From an uncultured Desulfospira sp. (GTDB taxonomy: Bacteria; Desulfobacterota; Desulfobacteria; Desulfobacterales; Desulfobacteraceae), in contig OY760175.1 in NCBI GenBank assembly GCA_963663165.1, forward strand, positions 2,848,001 to 2,912,000: a stretch of 64,000 bases of DNA, in the 5' to 3' direction. Under the pieces are notes generated by a model that ran no database searches, was not told the origin of the DNA, and saw only the letters and a program-made list of their open reading frames with translations. Both the position numbers and the translations under genes were made by a program. Below, in pieces: positions 31,846 to 41,013 of the stretch (positions are counted from its first letter, which is position 1; each line of letters opens with the position of its first letter).

Positions 31846-31900
31846 CGGTTGCAGGTGGCGGGTTGGGCCGACCCAATGAATTGAAATAAAAAGAAAGAAC

Positions 31901-32023
31901 AAATTTGGGTCAATTTGGGGTCAAGCAATTTGGGGTCACACAATTTGGGGTCAGGCACAATTTGGGGTCAGGTCTTGAATTATCAGTTTTTGATTCGAAA
32001 ACTGATAATTCAAGACCTGACCC
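31901..32023. repeat. GGGGTCAGGTCTTG-type REP hairpin with stuttered 5' end
   Basis: Four partial aatttgg(g)gtc units, then 26 bp perfect arms (31965-31990 and 31998-32023) around a 7 nt loop. Confidence 0.88.
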
Positions 32024-32154
32024 TGATATGCATTAACTTTGGAAACAGCCATGGGCTGCACTGGATGACGAAAATTCAGAAGACAGCCCTGTGCGTATTA
32101 AGAAAATTACACTGCCGATTAAAATTCACGCGGTAGAAACAGGGAGGGTTTAAA

Positions 32155-32886
32155 ATGAAAAAATTGATTTTAGCAGCAATGATGGGAGTAATTTTTTTAT
32201 TGGGGCTTACTGGAATTGCCCCGGCCACAACGTACCATACCAGCACTGAAGTTGATCTGGTTAATGATTTCTCAATTTTAACGACGTCATCAGCCAATGT
32301 CAAATATTTCAGAAGCAGCAATAATTTCATTCTTGATACCCCATTTTGGGCTGGCAAAGGCGACAAAATTATTGTGGATGTTACCTTTGCGAATAACAAG
32401 GCATTGAAAATTTATAATAGCGAGGTAGCTGGAGAATCCTCTGCGGCAAGTATATACTCAACAGCCCAAGGCAGTCATTCGACTACTTCATCAGGATATA
32501 CCGACTTACTGGGAACAAACGGATCTTTATTGGAAAATCATATCTCTTCAATACTGTATACTGACTATAACTACGCTGCTCATTCCGCCTTTGTTTTTAC
32601 TGATAGAGGTGGGAATAAAAATTTAACAGATTCATGGTTTTCGTTTACAGGTATGCGATTGGAAATTGATATACATTCTTTGTTAAATGGTGACTTCACG
32701 CAATCTGTCGAAGCAGAATCATTTTTTGACAGGGCATGGTTTCAATTCGGAGGAGGAGATTTTGAGGTTATCACTGCTTCTTCCACACCTGCCCCGGGTG
32801 CAATTACGCTTTTGGGTGCAGGCCTTCTGGGCCTCACAGGACTTAGAAGAAAAAACGAACAAGCCGTTTCAGGTTATTGGATGTAA
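32155..32886 (+). CDS. PEP-CTERM-like protein
   Basis: Signal peptide; TPAPGAITLLGAGLLGLTGLRRK. Confidence 0.88.
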   Translation: MKKLILAAMMGVIFLLGLTGIAPATTYHTSTEVDLVNDFSILTTSSANVKYFRSSNNFILDTPFWAGKGDKIIVDVTFANNKALKIYNSEVAGESSAASIYSTAQGSHSTTSSGYTDLLGTNGSLLENHISSILYTDYNYAAHSAFVFTDRGGNKNLTDSWFSFTGMRLEIDIHSLLNGDFTQSVEAESFFDRAWFQFGGGDFEVITASSTPAPGAITLLGAGLLGLTGLRRKNEQAVSGYWM

Positions 32887-32920
32887 CACTTGCCGTTCAT
32901 TTCAATTGGGAGAGATCAAT

Positions 32921-33601
32921 ATGTACAAAAATACGATTTTTTTAATTGCAGGGATTGCACTTCTATGCATGTCCGGCATTGCCCAGGGAGCCATGGTCAA
33001 AACCACTATATCAGGCAATATCGATCAGATAACTGCGCAACCTGTGGACGGCACCTTTTTCTTAGCCATAGGGGATGCCATCGAGGTTACTTTTATCTAT
33101 GATAATGAAGCAAAACAGGCAGACCGTTACGACAGGGATACCGGTGAGTGGGTAAGCCAGAGAACCATCCCGAACAATGATCTGGGCTCTTTCTTGAGCA
33201 ATGCCAAGGTAACGGTTTCCAGCAACATCACCAGCCAGATTGAACAGTTGCAGCCATACGCCGCCCCCAGGGACCTGCCATGGGTGACGCTTACCCCTGG
33301 CCAGGCAAAACATGTTCTCTATCCCCATTACAGTTCATTTCAAGGGCTGGAGTTGTCCTGCGATTTCAATAACTGGGCATGCCTGTCGCTCACGGTGCCG
33401 GGAGCGTCGGATGCATGGGAAGCGCGCCTGGTCATCCATTTTCTCACTAGCAACAGCGCAGAAAATCACGGGTTGAACTACACGGAAATCAGGTTGTCAG
33501 ACAGCCTTTTGTACCGGACCGCAGCTATTCCGGTACCCGGGACAATTTTCTTGTTGGGCTCGGGCCTGCTCAGCCTTGCCGGCCTCCGAAGGAAGCTGTA
33601 G
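32921..33601 (+). CDS. PEP-CTERM-like protein
   Basis: Start MYKNTIFLIAGIALLCMSGIAQG after GGGAG; C terminus IPVPGTIFLLGSGLLSLAGLRRKL. Confidence 0.88.
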   Translation: MYKNTIFLIAGIALLCMSGIAQGAMVKTTISGNIDQITAQPVDGTFFLAIGDAIEVTFIYDNEAKQADRYDRDTGEWVSQRTIPNNDLGSFLSNAKVTVSSNITSQIEQLQPYAAPRDLPWVTLTPGQAKHVLYPHYSSFQGLELSCDFNNWACLSLTVPGASDAWEARLVIHFLTSNSAENHGLNYTEIRLSDSLLYRTAAIPVPGTIFLLGSGLLSLAGLRRKL

Positions 33602-33603
33602 CG

Positions 33604-33657
33604 AATTTGGGGTCAGGTCTTGAATTATCAGTTTTTTGTTCGAAAACTTATAATTCA
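33604..33657. repeat. second REP hairpin copy, right arm truncated
   Basis: aatttggggtcaggtcttgaattatcagttttttgttcgaaaacttataattca, cut where the 380 bp duplication starts. Confidence 0.85.
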
Positions 33658-34261
33658 GCCCCACGCCAAGCACGGCAATCAGGGTGAACAGGAGACCCGC
33701 TCCCATATCAAGGCTATCAAAGACATTGTTGTAGCCTTTGCGGATAAACAGGATCACGCAAGTGAAGACCAGTCCGACAAACCGCATGACAAAAAGTCCG
33801 CCGCCTAACCAATATAATGCTCTGCCCGTTCTCGGGTTAAACAAAAACAGCGTGTTGCACATGATAAAAACAAAGGGTGCAACAGACACCACCAATATCA
33901 CGGACCGCATGGGCAGGCTGTCGTCAACATAATAAAAATACAGATTCATCACCACAGAAAACAAGATGGACAGGTAAGAGTACAGGGGCAGTTTTTTATC
34001 TTTTATGAACCGCAGGATGCCGTCTGTATAAAGTGCGGATGTCAATGGCATAAAAAAAGCAAACGCCCCGATGCACAGCCCCTTGCTCGCCACCAGGCGT
34101 AACAGTGCTGATCCGAATATGCACGAATATCAGATTGTTGCCAAGGTCCAGCAACCAAAGCCCGGATGTGTTTTCCTGCAGGCCCAGAATGAAAGGTATA
34201 CCACAGAATAAAACAGGGATACATGCAGTATACAGATAAACAGCGTCTTTAAATCAATCAA
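33656..34261 (-). pseudogene. multi-TM membrane sensor N-terminal domain; in-frame TGA and lost output domain
   Basis: TTG start LIDLKTLFICIL...HPGFGCWTLATI, TGA at 34130-34132, continues to LIAVLGVGL, then runs into the REP. Confidence 0.7.
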
Positions 34262-34305
34262 TTAATACGTCCCAACATGACGGTAAATAAACATATAGTA
34301 AACAG

Positions 34306-34354
34306 AGTTACGGACCCTGGTTTTGCTTAGTTTTCAGCATTAGCTGAATAGTTA
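34306..34354. repeat. 49 bp inverted repeat, left copy
   Basis: Reverse complement of 36551-36599 with 5 mismatches. Confidence 0.85.
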
Positions 34355-34454
34355 AAATAAAAGTATGGTAAACAGGGTTTCGAGAAAAATCAAAACGCTT
34401 TTTTTAGCTGTTTTTGATTAATTGAAATTGGCTCCTGTGTAAACCATTCCACAG

Positions 34455-35039
34455 TCAGGCAGACGGGCCGTACTCAAGGACATACCCCAGCCAGGGCTCG
34501 CCGGTCTCCATGGCCGACAGGGTGTTTTGAAAATCCTTGATTTCCAGTCCGCGCGTTTCAAACACTGCTGCCAGGTCCGTGTGCTGCCAGAGGGTAAATT
34601 GGCGGCCGTCTTCAGAACTGCGGGTGCCCTGCCCCTGTTTCAGGGAAAAGAACAGGTACCCTCCGGGAACCAGAGCCCTGAGGACGTTTTTTAATACCCC
34701 TGCCAGGTCCTTTTGTTCGACATGGACAAAGGCCCCGGAACAGACCAGGGCGTCAACCTCAAAGGATGAGAAATCATGGCTCTTGAAATCCCCCCGGACC
34801 ACGGGGCAGCCCGAGTGTTTTTCGGCAAGTTCTGCCAGTCCCGAAGAGCGTTCAAACCCAATAGGCGAGAACCCCTTGTTTTTCAGCCAGAGCAGATCCC
34901 GACCCGATCCGCACCCCACATCCAGGACCCTGGCCCCGGGCGTAAGATACCGGACAAAGGCGGATAAAAATCCCGAAGGGTCAATGTCCGCTGTCCGGTC
35001 ATAGTAGGATTGATACCGGGTATGGTAATAATCGGCCAC
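34455..35039 (-). CDS. class I SAM-dependent methyltransferase
   Basis: RVLDVGCGSGRD motif I; LRALVPGGYLF. Confidence 0.88.
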   Translation of the reverse strand: MADYYHTRYQSYYDRTADIDPSGFLSAFVRYLTPGARVLDVGCGSGRDLLWLKNKGFSPIGFERSSGLAELAEKHSGCPVVRGDFKSHDFSSFEVDALVCSGAFVHVEQKDLAGVLKNVLRALVPGGYLFFSLKQGQGTRSSEDGRQFTLWQHTDLAAVFETRGLEIKDFQNTLSAMETGEPWLGYVLEYGPSA

Positions 35040-35048
35040 GGGTGTTGA

Positions 35049-35615
35049 TCACGCCCGGGACATAAATTTTCGGGTTTCCGTGTTCACCTTGACCATTTCC
35101 CCGTTCTCCAGATATTCAGGCACCTGGATTTCGACCCCGTTGGACAAGGTGGCGGGCTTGGTCCGGGCCGTAGCGCTGGCCCCTTTGACGGCTGGGGCGG
35201 TCTGGGTAATTTCAAACACCAGGGAAGAGGGAATTTCAATGGCCACCATGTTTTCACCAATGATCATGCCGGTGATATCCTCCATGCCGTCGGTCAGCCA
35301 GACCGCCTCATCTTCAATGGCCTGGACTGAAATCATATACTGGGCGTATTCGATACTGTCCATGAACACATGAAAATCCCCGTCCGGATAGAGATACTGG
35401 ACCGGTTTTCGCTGCAGATCCACCTCTTCAAGGTTGTCGTTCCCCTTATAACTTTCTTCATATTTCTGCCCGGTCTTAATGTTGCTGAACCGGACCTTGT
35501 AAAGGGTCACCGCTCCCCTGGCAGACGGGGTTCTAACGTCAATATGCTTGACCATGTAAGCATCGCCGTTGATGTCCACCACATGGCCTTTTTTTAAATC
35601 ACATGCCTTTGGCAT
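35049..35615 (-). CDS. yeiP: elongation factor P-like protein EfpL/YeiP
   Basis: MPKACDLKKG, loop TPSARGAVTLYKVRF, KGASATARTKPA, IQVPEYL. Confidence 0.92.
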   Translation of the reverse strand: MPKACDLKKGHVVDINGDAYMVKHIDVRTPSARGAVTLYKVRFSNIKTGQKYEESYKGNDNLEEVDLQRKPVQYLYPDGDFHVFMDSIEYAQYMISVQAIEDEAVWLTDGMEDITGMIIGENMVAIEIPSSLVFEITQTAPAVKGASATARTKPATLSNGVEIQVPEYLENGEMVKVNTETRKFMSRA

Positions 35616-35671
35616 AGCTGTATCTCCCTAATTTCAAATTATTTTGGTTTGGCGGCCATGGGCCGAATTCC

Positions 35672-36310
35672 TTACAACCGGTCACTGACGGCAAGCTCAA
35701 TGCCCAGCCCGATAAACAGGGCCCCAAGTCCCCGGTCCATCCACCGGGACACCCGGATATTCTGAGAAAGATAGTGGGTAAGTTTTCCGCCGGCAAGAAT
35801 CAGGGGCGGCTCCACAAAGGCGGCCACGGCAATGATCAGGCAGCCGTGCAAAAACAGCTGGGCACTGACAGGCCCGGCCCCGGGTTCCACAAACTGGGGC
35901 AGGAAGGCCAGAAAAAACAGGGCCACCTTGGGATTCAAGATGGCCACCAGGACCCCTTGCCTGAATATTTTCAACCCTTGTTTTTCAGGCCCTGTTTCAT
36001 GGCCGGCCATGTGAAACCCCTTTGACCGAAGGGCCTGGATGCCAAGCCAGACAAGGTATATGGCCCCCAGCCATTTCACGGTTGAAAAGGCCACAGCAGA
36101 GGTGGCCAGCACGGCGGACAGCCCCAGGGCTGCCGCAAGGACATGGCCAAAGGCCCCGGTCCAGATCCCGAACATGGCCGAAAACCCGGCCCGGACCCCG
36201 CCTTTTGCGGTCTGGCCCAGAATAAAGGCCATATCCGGCCCCGGGGACAGATTCAATAAAACAGCGGCAGTTAAAAAGGCCGCCCAATGGGCAATGGTAT
36301 AATCAAACAT
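35672..36310 (-). CDS. LysE/RhtB family exporter
   Basis: LNLSPGPDMAFIL, KWLGAIYLVWLG, LNPKVALFFLAFLPQFV; ATG at 36310 after AGGAG. Confidence 0.9.
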   Translation of the reverse strand: MFDYTIAHWAAFLTAAVLLNLSPGPDMAFILGQTAKGGVRAGFSAMFGIWTGAFGHVLAAALGLSAVLATSAVAFSTVKWLGAIYLVWLGIQALRSKGFHMAGHETGPEKQGLKIFRQGVLVAILNPKVALFFLAFLPQFVEPGAGPVSAQLFLHGCLIIAVAAFVEPPLILAGGKLTHYLSQNIRVSRWMDRGLGALFIGLGIELAVSDRL

Positions 36311-36483
36311 GTTTTCTCCTTTAACCGGATGCCAACAGCCCCCATCCGTATTCCACACCACATACCCGCCACCGGGTACGTCAATATGATGCATTTTAGA
36401 TCCCCCCGCTCTTTTGTCAAGGGCGAAACAAGCCCGGCCCGGGGTGAACCGCATTCAGAACCCGGTTTGCCCAGGAGATTAAA

Positions 36484-36525
36484 CAGGGCAATCGCATGTA
36501 AAAAAGCCATCCATCCCGGAATGAA
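36484..36525. repeat. 42 bp direct repeat shared with 50393-50434
   Basis: cagggcaatcgcatgtaaaaaagccatccatcccggaatgaa versus cagggcaatcgcgtgtaaaaaagcagtccatcccggaatgaa. Confidence 0.8.
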
Positions 36526-36550
36526 AAATGAGGATAATCTTCAATAAATG

Positions 36551-36700
36551 TCACTATTCAGCTAATGCTGAAAATTAAGCAAAAACAGGGGCCATAACTG
36601 TTCATCAGTGCTTCATATTTGTTTAGTCAGGACTTCGTAGCATACTTTTGCTATGTGAGAAGGCCTGAATGAGCGAAGATGGGGCACTGCTGAACAGTTA
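36551..36700. repeat. right copy of the 49 bp inverted repeat, fused to a 106 bp MITE-like hairpin
   Basis: taactgttcatcagtgcttcat...gatggggcactgctgaacagtta long imperfect palindrome (36595-36700). Confidence 0.8.
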
Positions 36701-36790
36701 CCAATAAATTACAATACCATCTGAGACGGTCTTTGGGAAAGGCCGGGCGAACAGGATCTTGACCGTTAGGGACGATGCGCCGGAATATCT

Positions 36791-37675
36791 TCAGGCCGGG
36801 TCAGGCTGTCTGACCACGTCCACGGCCACCTTAAGCCGGTGGTTTCCCCCGCCCAGGACCGTGCCCTTTACCGGGGTGACATCGCCGTAATCCCGGCCCC
36901 AGGCCAGGGTGATGTGCTGGTCTGTGGGCAACACATCATTGGTGGGGTCCATATCCACCCATCCGGTTCCGGAAATATAGAGGGAGAGCCAGGCATGGGA
37001 GGCGTCCGCCCCCACCAGTTTGGGCTTTCCCGGCGGGGCCTGGGTATTCAGGTAGCCGGACACATACCGGGCCGCAAGGCCTAAGGACCTGAGGGCGGCA
37101 ATGGCCACATGGGCAAAATCCTGGCACACGCCCCGCTTCATGGCAAAGGACTGGGACAGGGGGGTGGCCGCACTGGTGGCTGAAGGATCATATTTAAATT
37201 CGGTAAAGATCCGGTGAACCAGGTCCCTGCCGGCCAAAAGAACCGGGGTTCCCGGGGAAAATATCTGCCTTGCCCACTGCTCGATGTTTTTGTCCGGTCC
37301 GATCATGGGCGATGGAAAGACAAATTCACTGGCGTGAAGGTCCGCCATACTCTCCCGGCGGAATATGGCATCCCGGGCCTGTTCCCACGGCGGGGTCAGT
37401 TCGGCGGCGATGGGCGCCGGGGCCTCAAGGGAAACTTCCGAATTCGCCAGGATATCAAGCTTGGCATGGGGGGTTTCAAGACAGATGGTGATCACGGTAT
37501 TGCCGAAATAATCCTGGCGCATGGACCGGATGGAGGGTTCCGGCCTTAAATGGACACGGCTGTGGGTACAGGTCTGAAAATCCGTATTTCTGGGCACCAG
37601 GACCAGCTCACTGTGGGACAGTGAGGCCTGGGACTCATACTCATAAACGGTCCGGTGGCTGATGTTATATTTCAC
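36791..37675 (-). CDS. bacterial transglutaminase-like protein
   Basis: YNISHRTVYEY N-domain; triad GVCQDFAH / ASHAW / DPTN; GRDYGDVTPVKG. Confidence 0.93.
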   Translation of the reverse strand: MKYNISHRTVYEYESQASLSHSELVLVPRNTDFQTCTHSRVHLRPEPSIRSMRQDYFGNTVITICLETPHAKLDILANSEVSLEAPAPIAAELTPPWEQARDAIFRRESMADLHASEFVFPSPMIGPDKNIEQWARQIFSPGTPVLLAGRDLVHRIFTEFKYDPSATSAATPLSQSFAMKRGVCQDFAHVAIAALRSLGLAARYVSGYLNTQAPPGKPKLVGADASHAWLSLYISGTGWVDMDPTNDVLPTDQHITLAWGRDYGDVTPVKGTVLGGGNHRLKVAVDVVRQPDPA

Positions 37676-40370
37676 TGTTCATCGTCCCGTCCGGGGCCGC
37701 CGCCCCCACGCCTGTCCGGCCTGCAGCGCTTTGGCCCTGGGCCTGTATGGCCGGTCCCGCCTGACCCTTGAGCTGTTTTTCGGTCTCAATGCGGCTCAAA
37801 TAATGCTGGGTGATACTGTCGGCCAGGTCCTGGAGCCCTTTGTTGAGCCTTTCCAGAAAGGCCTCTAAGTTGGGCAGCACCTGTTTTTCCCCCAGGATCA
37901 TCAGTTCCCTTGTATCGGCCAGGCGCATCCGGGTGGTCAGGTCCAGAACGATCTTCTCCTCCTTTGTCCTGAAGGGGCGGGGTTCGGGCCGGGGAAGGGT
38001 TTCCATATGGGAATGAAGTGCCGCCAGCTGGAATCCCACAGACCGGGGATTGATTTCGTCCAGTAGCAGCAGGTCCACCAGGGGCTCAAGGTGAAGGGTG
38101 GTCCGGTACCTTGTATGATAGGTAATCCGGGAGTCGGCCACCTCCAGCACCGCCTCAAGGTCATGGGAGTCCGGTACCGTACGCTGCCGGATCAGGCTGG
38201 AGAGCACAACGGTCATGTGAAGTGCCCGTTCAATGCGCCGGCCCATGTCCATGAAGCGCCATCCCATCCCCCGGGTCATGCTCTCCAGGGCAAGGCCGGC
38301 AAAGGCGGACATATTCAGGATAATATTATTGAGCATCTCCAGGATTTCAGGGGTCTGGTTGTCCGGATTGATCTGGACCAGTCCTTTTTCAATGCGGCCA
38401 AGGATCTGCCAGGAATCGTCCGACAGCCTGTCCCTGACCCGGTCCGCCACCTGGAGGGCGCTGTTCAGGCAGTTTAAAATACTTCGTTGCACCTGGACCC
38501 CGTAAATGGACCGGTATAACTCCTCTTCAATGGCCCTGACGGAAAACTGGGTATCGGACTCCACCAGGTCGGCAGACACAATCTCAAGATTGGCCATGGT
38601 CCTCAGGAAAAAAGGCATTTCAGGGGCCTTGTCCAGCTGGATTTCGCTGTTCACCCGCATCAGCACACTCCGGATGACCCTGAGCATGCCTTCGGTGCGC
38701 TCCATATACCGTCCGAGCCAGAGCATATTGTCAGCCACCCGGCTGGGCAAGTCGCTGCCCCTGTGGATTTCATAGGGGGTGGTAAACCGGTGGAGCATGC
38801 TTTTGAATTCAGCCGGCCGTTCAGACAGGCACCAGGTATCTTTGGCACCCTGGCCCATCCCCCGTGATCCGGACATCAAAAGGGTTTCAGGATCATCGGA
38901 CACCCGTGTCAGCCCGCCGGGCATGACCGCGTTCTCCACCTGGTCAGCCGCATGGACCACCGGGGCACCGGAATTCTCCGTGATGGCTGTGGAAAACATC
39001 CGGACAGCCGTGTACCGGTTTTTCACGGTCTGCTCAGACCAGACCGGCACCGTAGAGGGGGTAACCCCATACCGGCCGGCCCAGGTGTAAGGGGCCTGTT
39101 TGACAGCGGCCAGCAGTTCAAGTTTTTCAGGGGCCGTCATCTCCTTGGTATGCACGGCACTGGTATGGGCCGGACCGAATGCGCTGAAAAGGGTCATGTC
39201 CCGGGTATTGTTTTTGATCTCATCTTCCACCCGGGCCAGGGTATCCGGACTGCCGAGCCAGAAGCTTTCCGTATTGTCAAGGATCAGGGGCTCTCCCAGA
39301 AGGGTTTGGCACAGCTGGGGCAGCAGGGCAAAGATCCCCGGTGATTCCAGGATACCCGATCCTAACGCATTGCTCACGGCCACGTTTCCCGCCCTTACGG
39401 CCTGGACCAGACCGGGAATGCCGGGAAAATCCAGGGAACCGCCCAGCATGGGGTCGCACCAGCTGTCCGGAATCTGGCGGACGATCACGTCCACCCGCTG
39501 AAGTCCGCCCAGGGTTTTAAGGAAAACCCAATCCCCCCGGGTGGTCAGGTCATTGGCCTCCACCAGGATAATCCCCAGATACCTTGCCAGGAACACCTGC
39601 TCAAAATAGTGGGGAGAGGCCGGCCCCTGGGACAGCATCACAATGCTGGGCTCCTGCTGTTTCTGACCGGATATCTCCATCAAAGACAGGGTCAGATATT
39701 TGAAATACGGGGCCAGGCGCTGGACCTTTCCCCATTGAAACATCCGGGGCAGAATCCGGGTTAAGATGATCCGGTTTTCAAGGGCATACCCCATACCGGC
39801 AGGCATCTGGGTCCCATGGGCCGCCACCTGCCACCGGCCGTCGGGCAGGCGAACCAGGTCTGAAGAAAAAAGGTGGTGGTCCGGAACCGTCCTGCAGGGA
39901 TCAAACCGGCACTGGCGCAGGAACCCGGGGTTGCCGAAAACCAGTTCTGCCGGAATCGCCTTGTTTTTGATCAGGTCCTGGGCACCGTAGATATCTTTGA
40001 AAATCAGCGACAGCAGCTTCGTCCGCTGCTGGATGCCCTGTTCAAGGATTTGCCAGGTACGGCTTGAAATGGGCAAGGGGATGGGATCCAGGGCCCAGGG
40101 CCGTTCCGTTGCCGCTTCCAGGTTGAAGATGTTGTAGGCGGTCCCGTGTTCATGGATCATCTGCCGGGCTTTCTCCCACCGGGAGGAGAGCTCCCGGGTC
40201 CCCAGGCTGTTCAGGTAACCGGTGAGCCGTTCCCAGTGGGGCGGCATGGCGCCGCTGCCCAGGTTTATGGCCGTACTCTGGTTTAACACATCACGGGTAA
40301 AAACCGGGGAAGTCTGAAGTTCCCCGGCCAGTCCCTGATTATCCCCGGGGGGGTCGCTGGGCCGGATCAT
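37665..40370 (-). CDS. circularly permuted ATP-grasp (type 2) fused to alpha-E (DUF403) domain
   Basis: RPWALDPIP, GYALENR, NALGSGILES, MPGGLTRV, then LPSRVADNMLWLGRYMERTE and GRRIERA (ER motifs). Confidence 0.92.
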   Translation of the reverse strand: MIRPSDPPGDNQGLAGELQTSPVFTRDVLNQSTAINLGSGAMPPHWERLTGYLNSLGTRELSSRWEKARQMIHEHGTAYNIFNLEAATERPWALDPIPLPISSRTWQILEQGIQQRTKLLSLIFKDIYGAQDLIKNKAIPAELVFGNPGFLRQCRFDPCRTVPDHHLFSSDLVRLPDGRWQVAAHGTQMPAGMGYALENRIILTRILPRMFQWGKVQRLAPYFKYLTLSLMEISGQKQQEPSIVMLSQGPASPHYFEQVFLARYLGIILVEANDLTTRGDWVFLKTLGGLQRVDVIVRQIPDSWCDPMLGGSLDFPGIPGLVQAVRAGNVAVSNALGSGILESPGIFALLPQLCQTLLGEPLILDNTESFWLGSPDTLARVEDEIKNNTRDMTLFSAFGPAHTSAVHTKEMTAPEKLELLAAVKQAPYTWAGRYGVTPSTVPVWSEQTVKNRYTAVRMFSTAITENSGAPVVHAADQVENAVMPGGLTRVSDDPETLLMSGSRGMGQGAKDTWCLSERPAEFKSMLHRFTTPYEIHRGSDLPSRVADNMLWLGRYMERTEGMLRVIRSVLMRVNSEIQLDKAPEMPFFLRTMANLEIVSADLVESDTQFSVRAIEEELYRSIYGVQVQRSILNCLNSALQVADRVRDRLSDDSWQILGRIEKGLVQINPDNQTPEILEMLNNIILNMSAFAGLALESMTRGMGWRFMDMGRRIERALHMTVVLSSLIRQRTVPDSHDLEAVLEVADSRITYHTRYRTTLHLEPLVDLLLLDEINPRSVGFQLAALHSHMETLPRPEPRPFRTKEEKIVLDLTTRMRLADTRELMILGEKQVLPNLEAFLERLNKGLQDLADSITQHYLSRIETEKQLKGQAGPAIQAQGQSAAGRTGVGAAAPDGTMNSEI

Positions 40371-41013
40371 TCAATTGCCCTGAATTTTATGGTTGTCAAC
40401 ACGATGGGGAAATCTTTCTACCTCTTGGAATGGCGTCTAAACTGTATTGCAGGCCGATCCTTTATCCGCCATTCAGGAGACCCGCCGTTATTTTCTTTTA
40501 TACCCTTGAAAAAACCGGTCATCAGCACCGTTTTTTTAAGGCTTTTCACTATAATGGATTCCCTTGAAAGGCGCAAGATCAAAAGGATGGCTCCAGGGCA
40601 ACAGCTTTTTGATCCGGCATGACATTTGAATCATGACATTTGAATATTGTTCGTAAATTTTATAAACCAATGAATAAAACTTAATCTTGCCGGGAAAGAT
40701 TTAGCCCAATATATTGTGATTTCAAAATCCCGGTTTCAAACGACAGATTATAAGTGTCGCTCATCTCCCAAATCAAAAACCATGAAAAAAAGTAACATAG
40801 GGGTGTTGAATATTAATAATAGTCCGGGGCTTTAAACCCATTATTTGAGGGATTTCGGTTTTGCCATAGTCTGCAGTTTGCAATCTGAGCTGAGTCCCTC
40901 ACAATGCTTCAGTTATTGAGTGCTGCTTTCAGATTGGACTGGGCGAGCTTAAATAACAAAAATGCTCGCTTTTTGGGCGGTTCAAACAGAGGCTGGAGAA
41001 TAACATATTCAAT

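Noticed and set aside
34130..34132. In-frame TGA as selenocysteine
   Set aside because: Falls in a hydrophobic helix of a truncated gene, with no redox motif or evident SECIS; a nonsense mutation is more likely.
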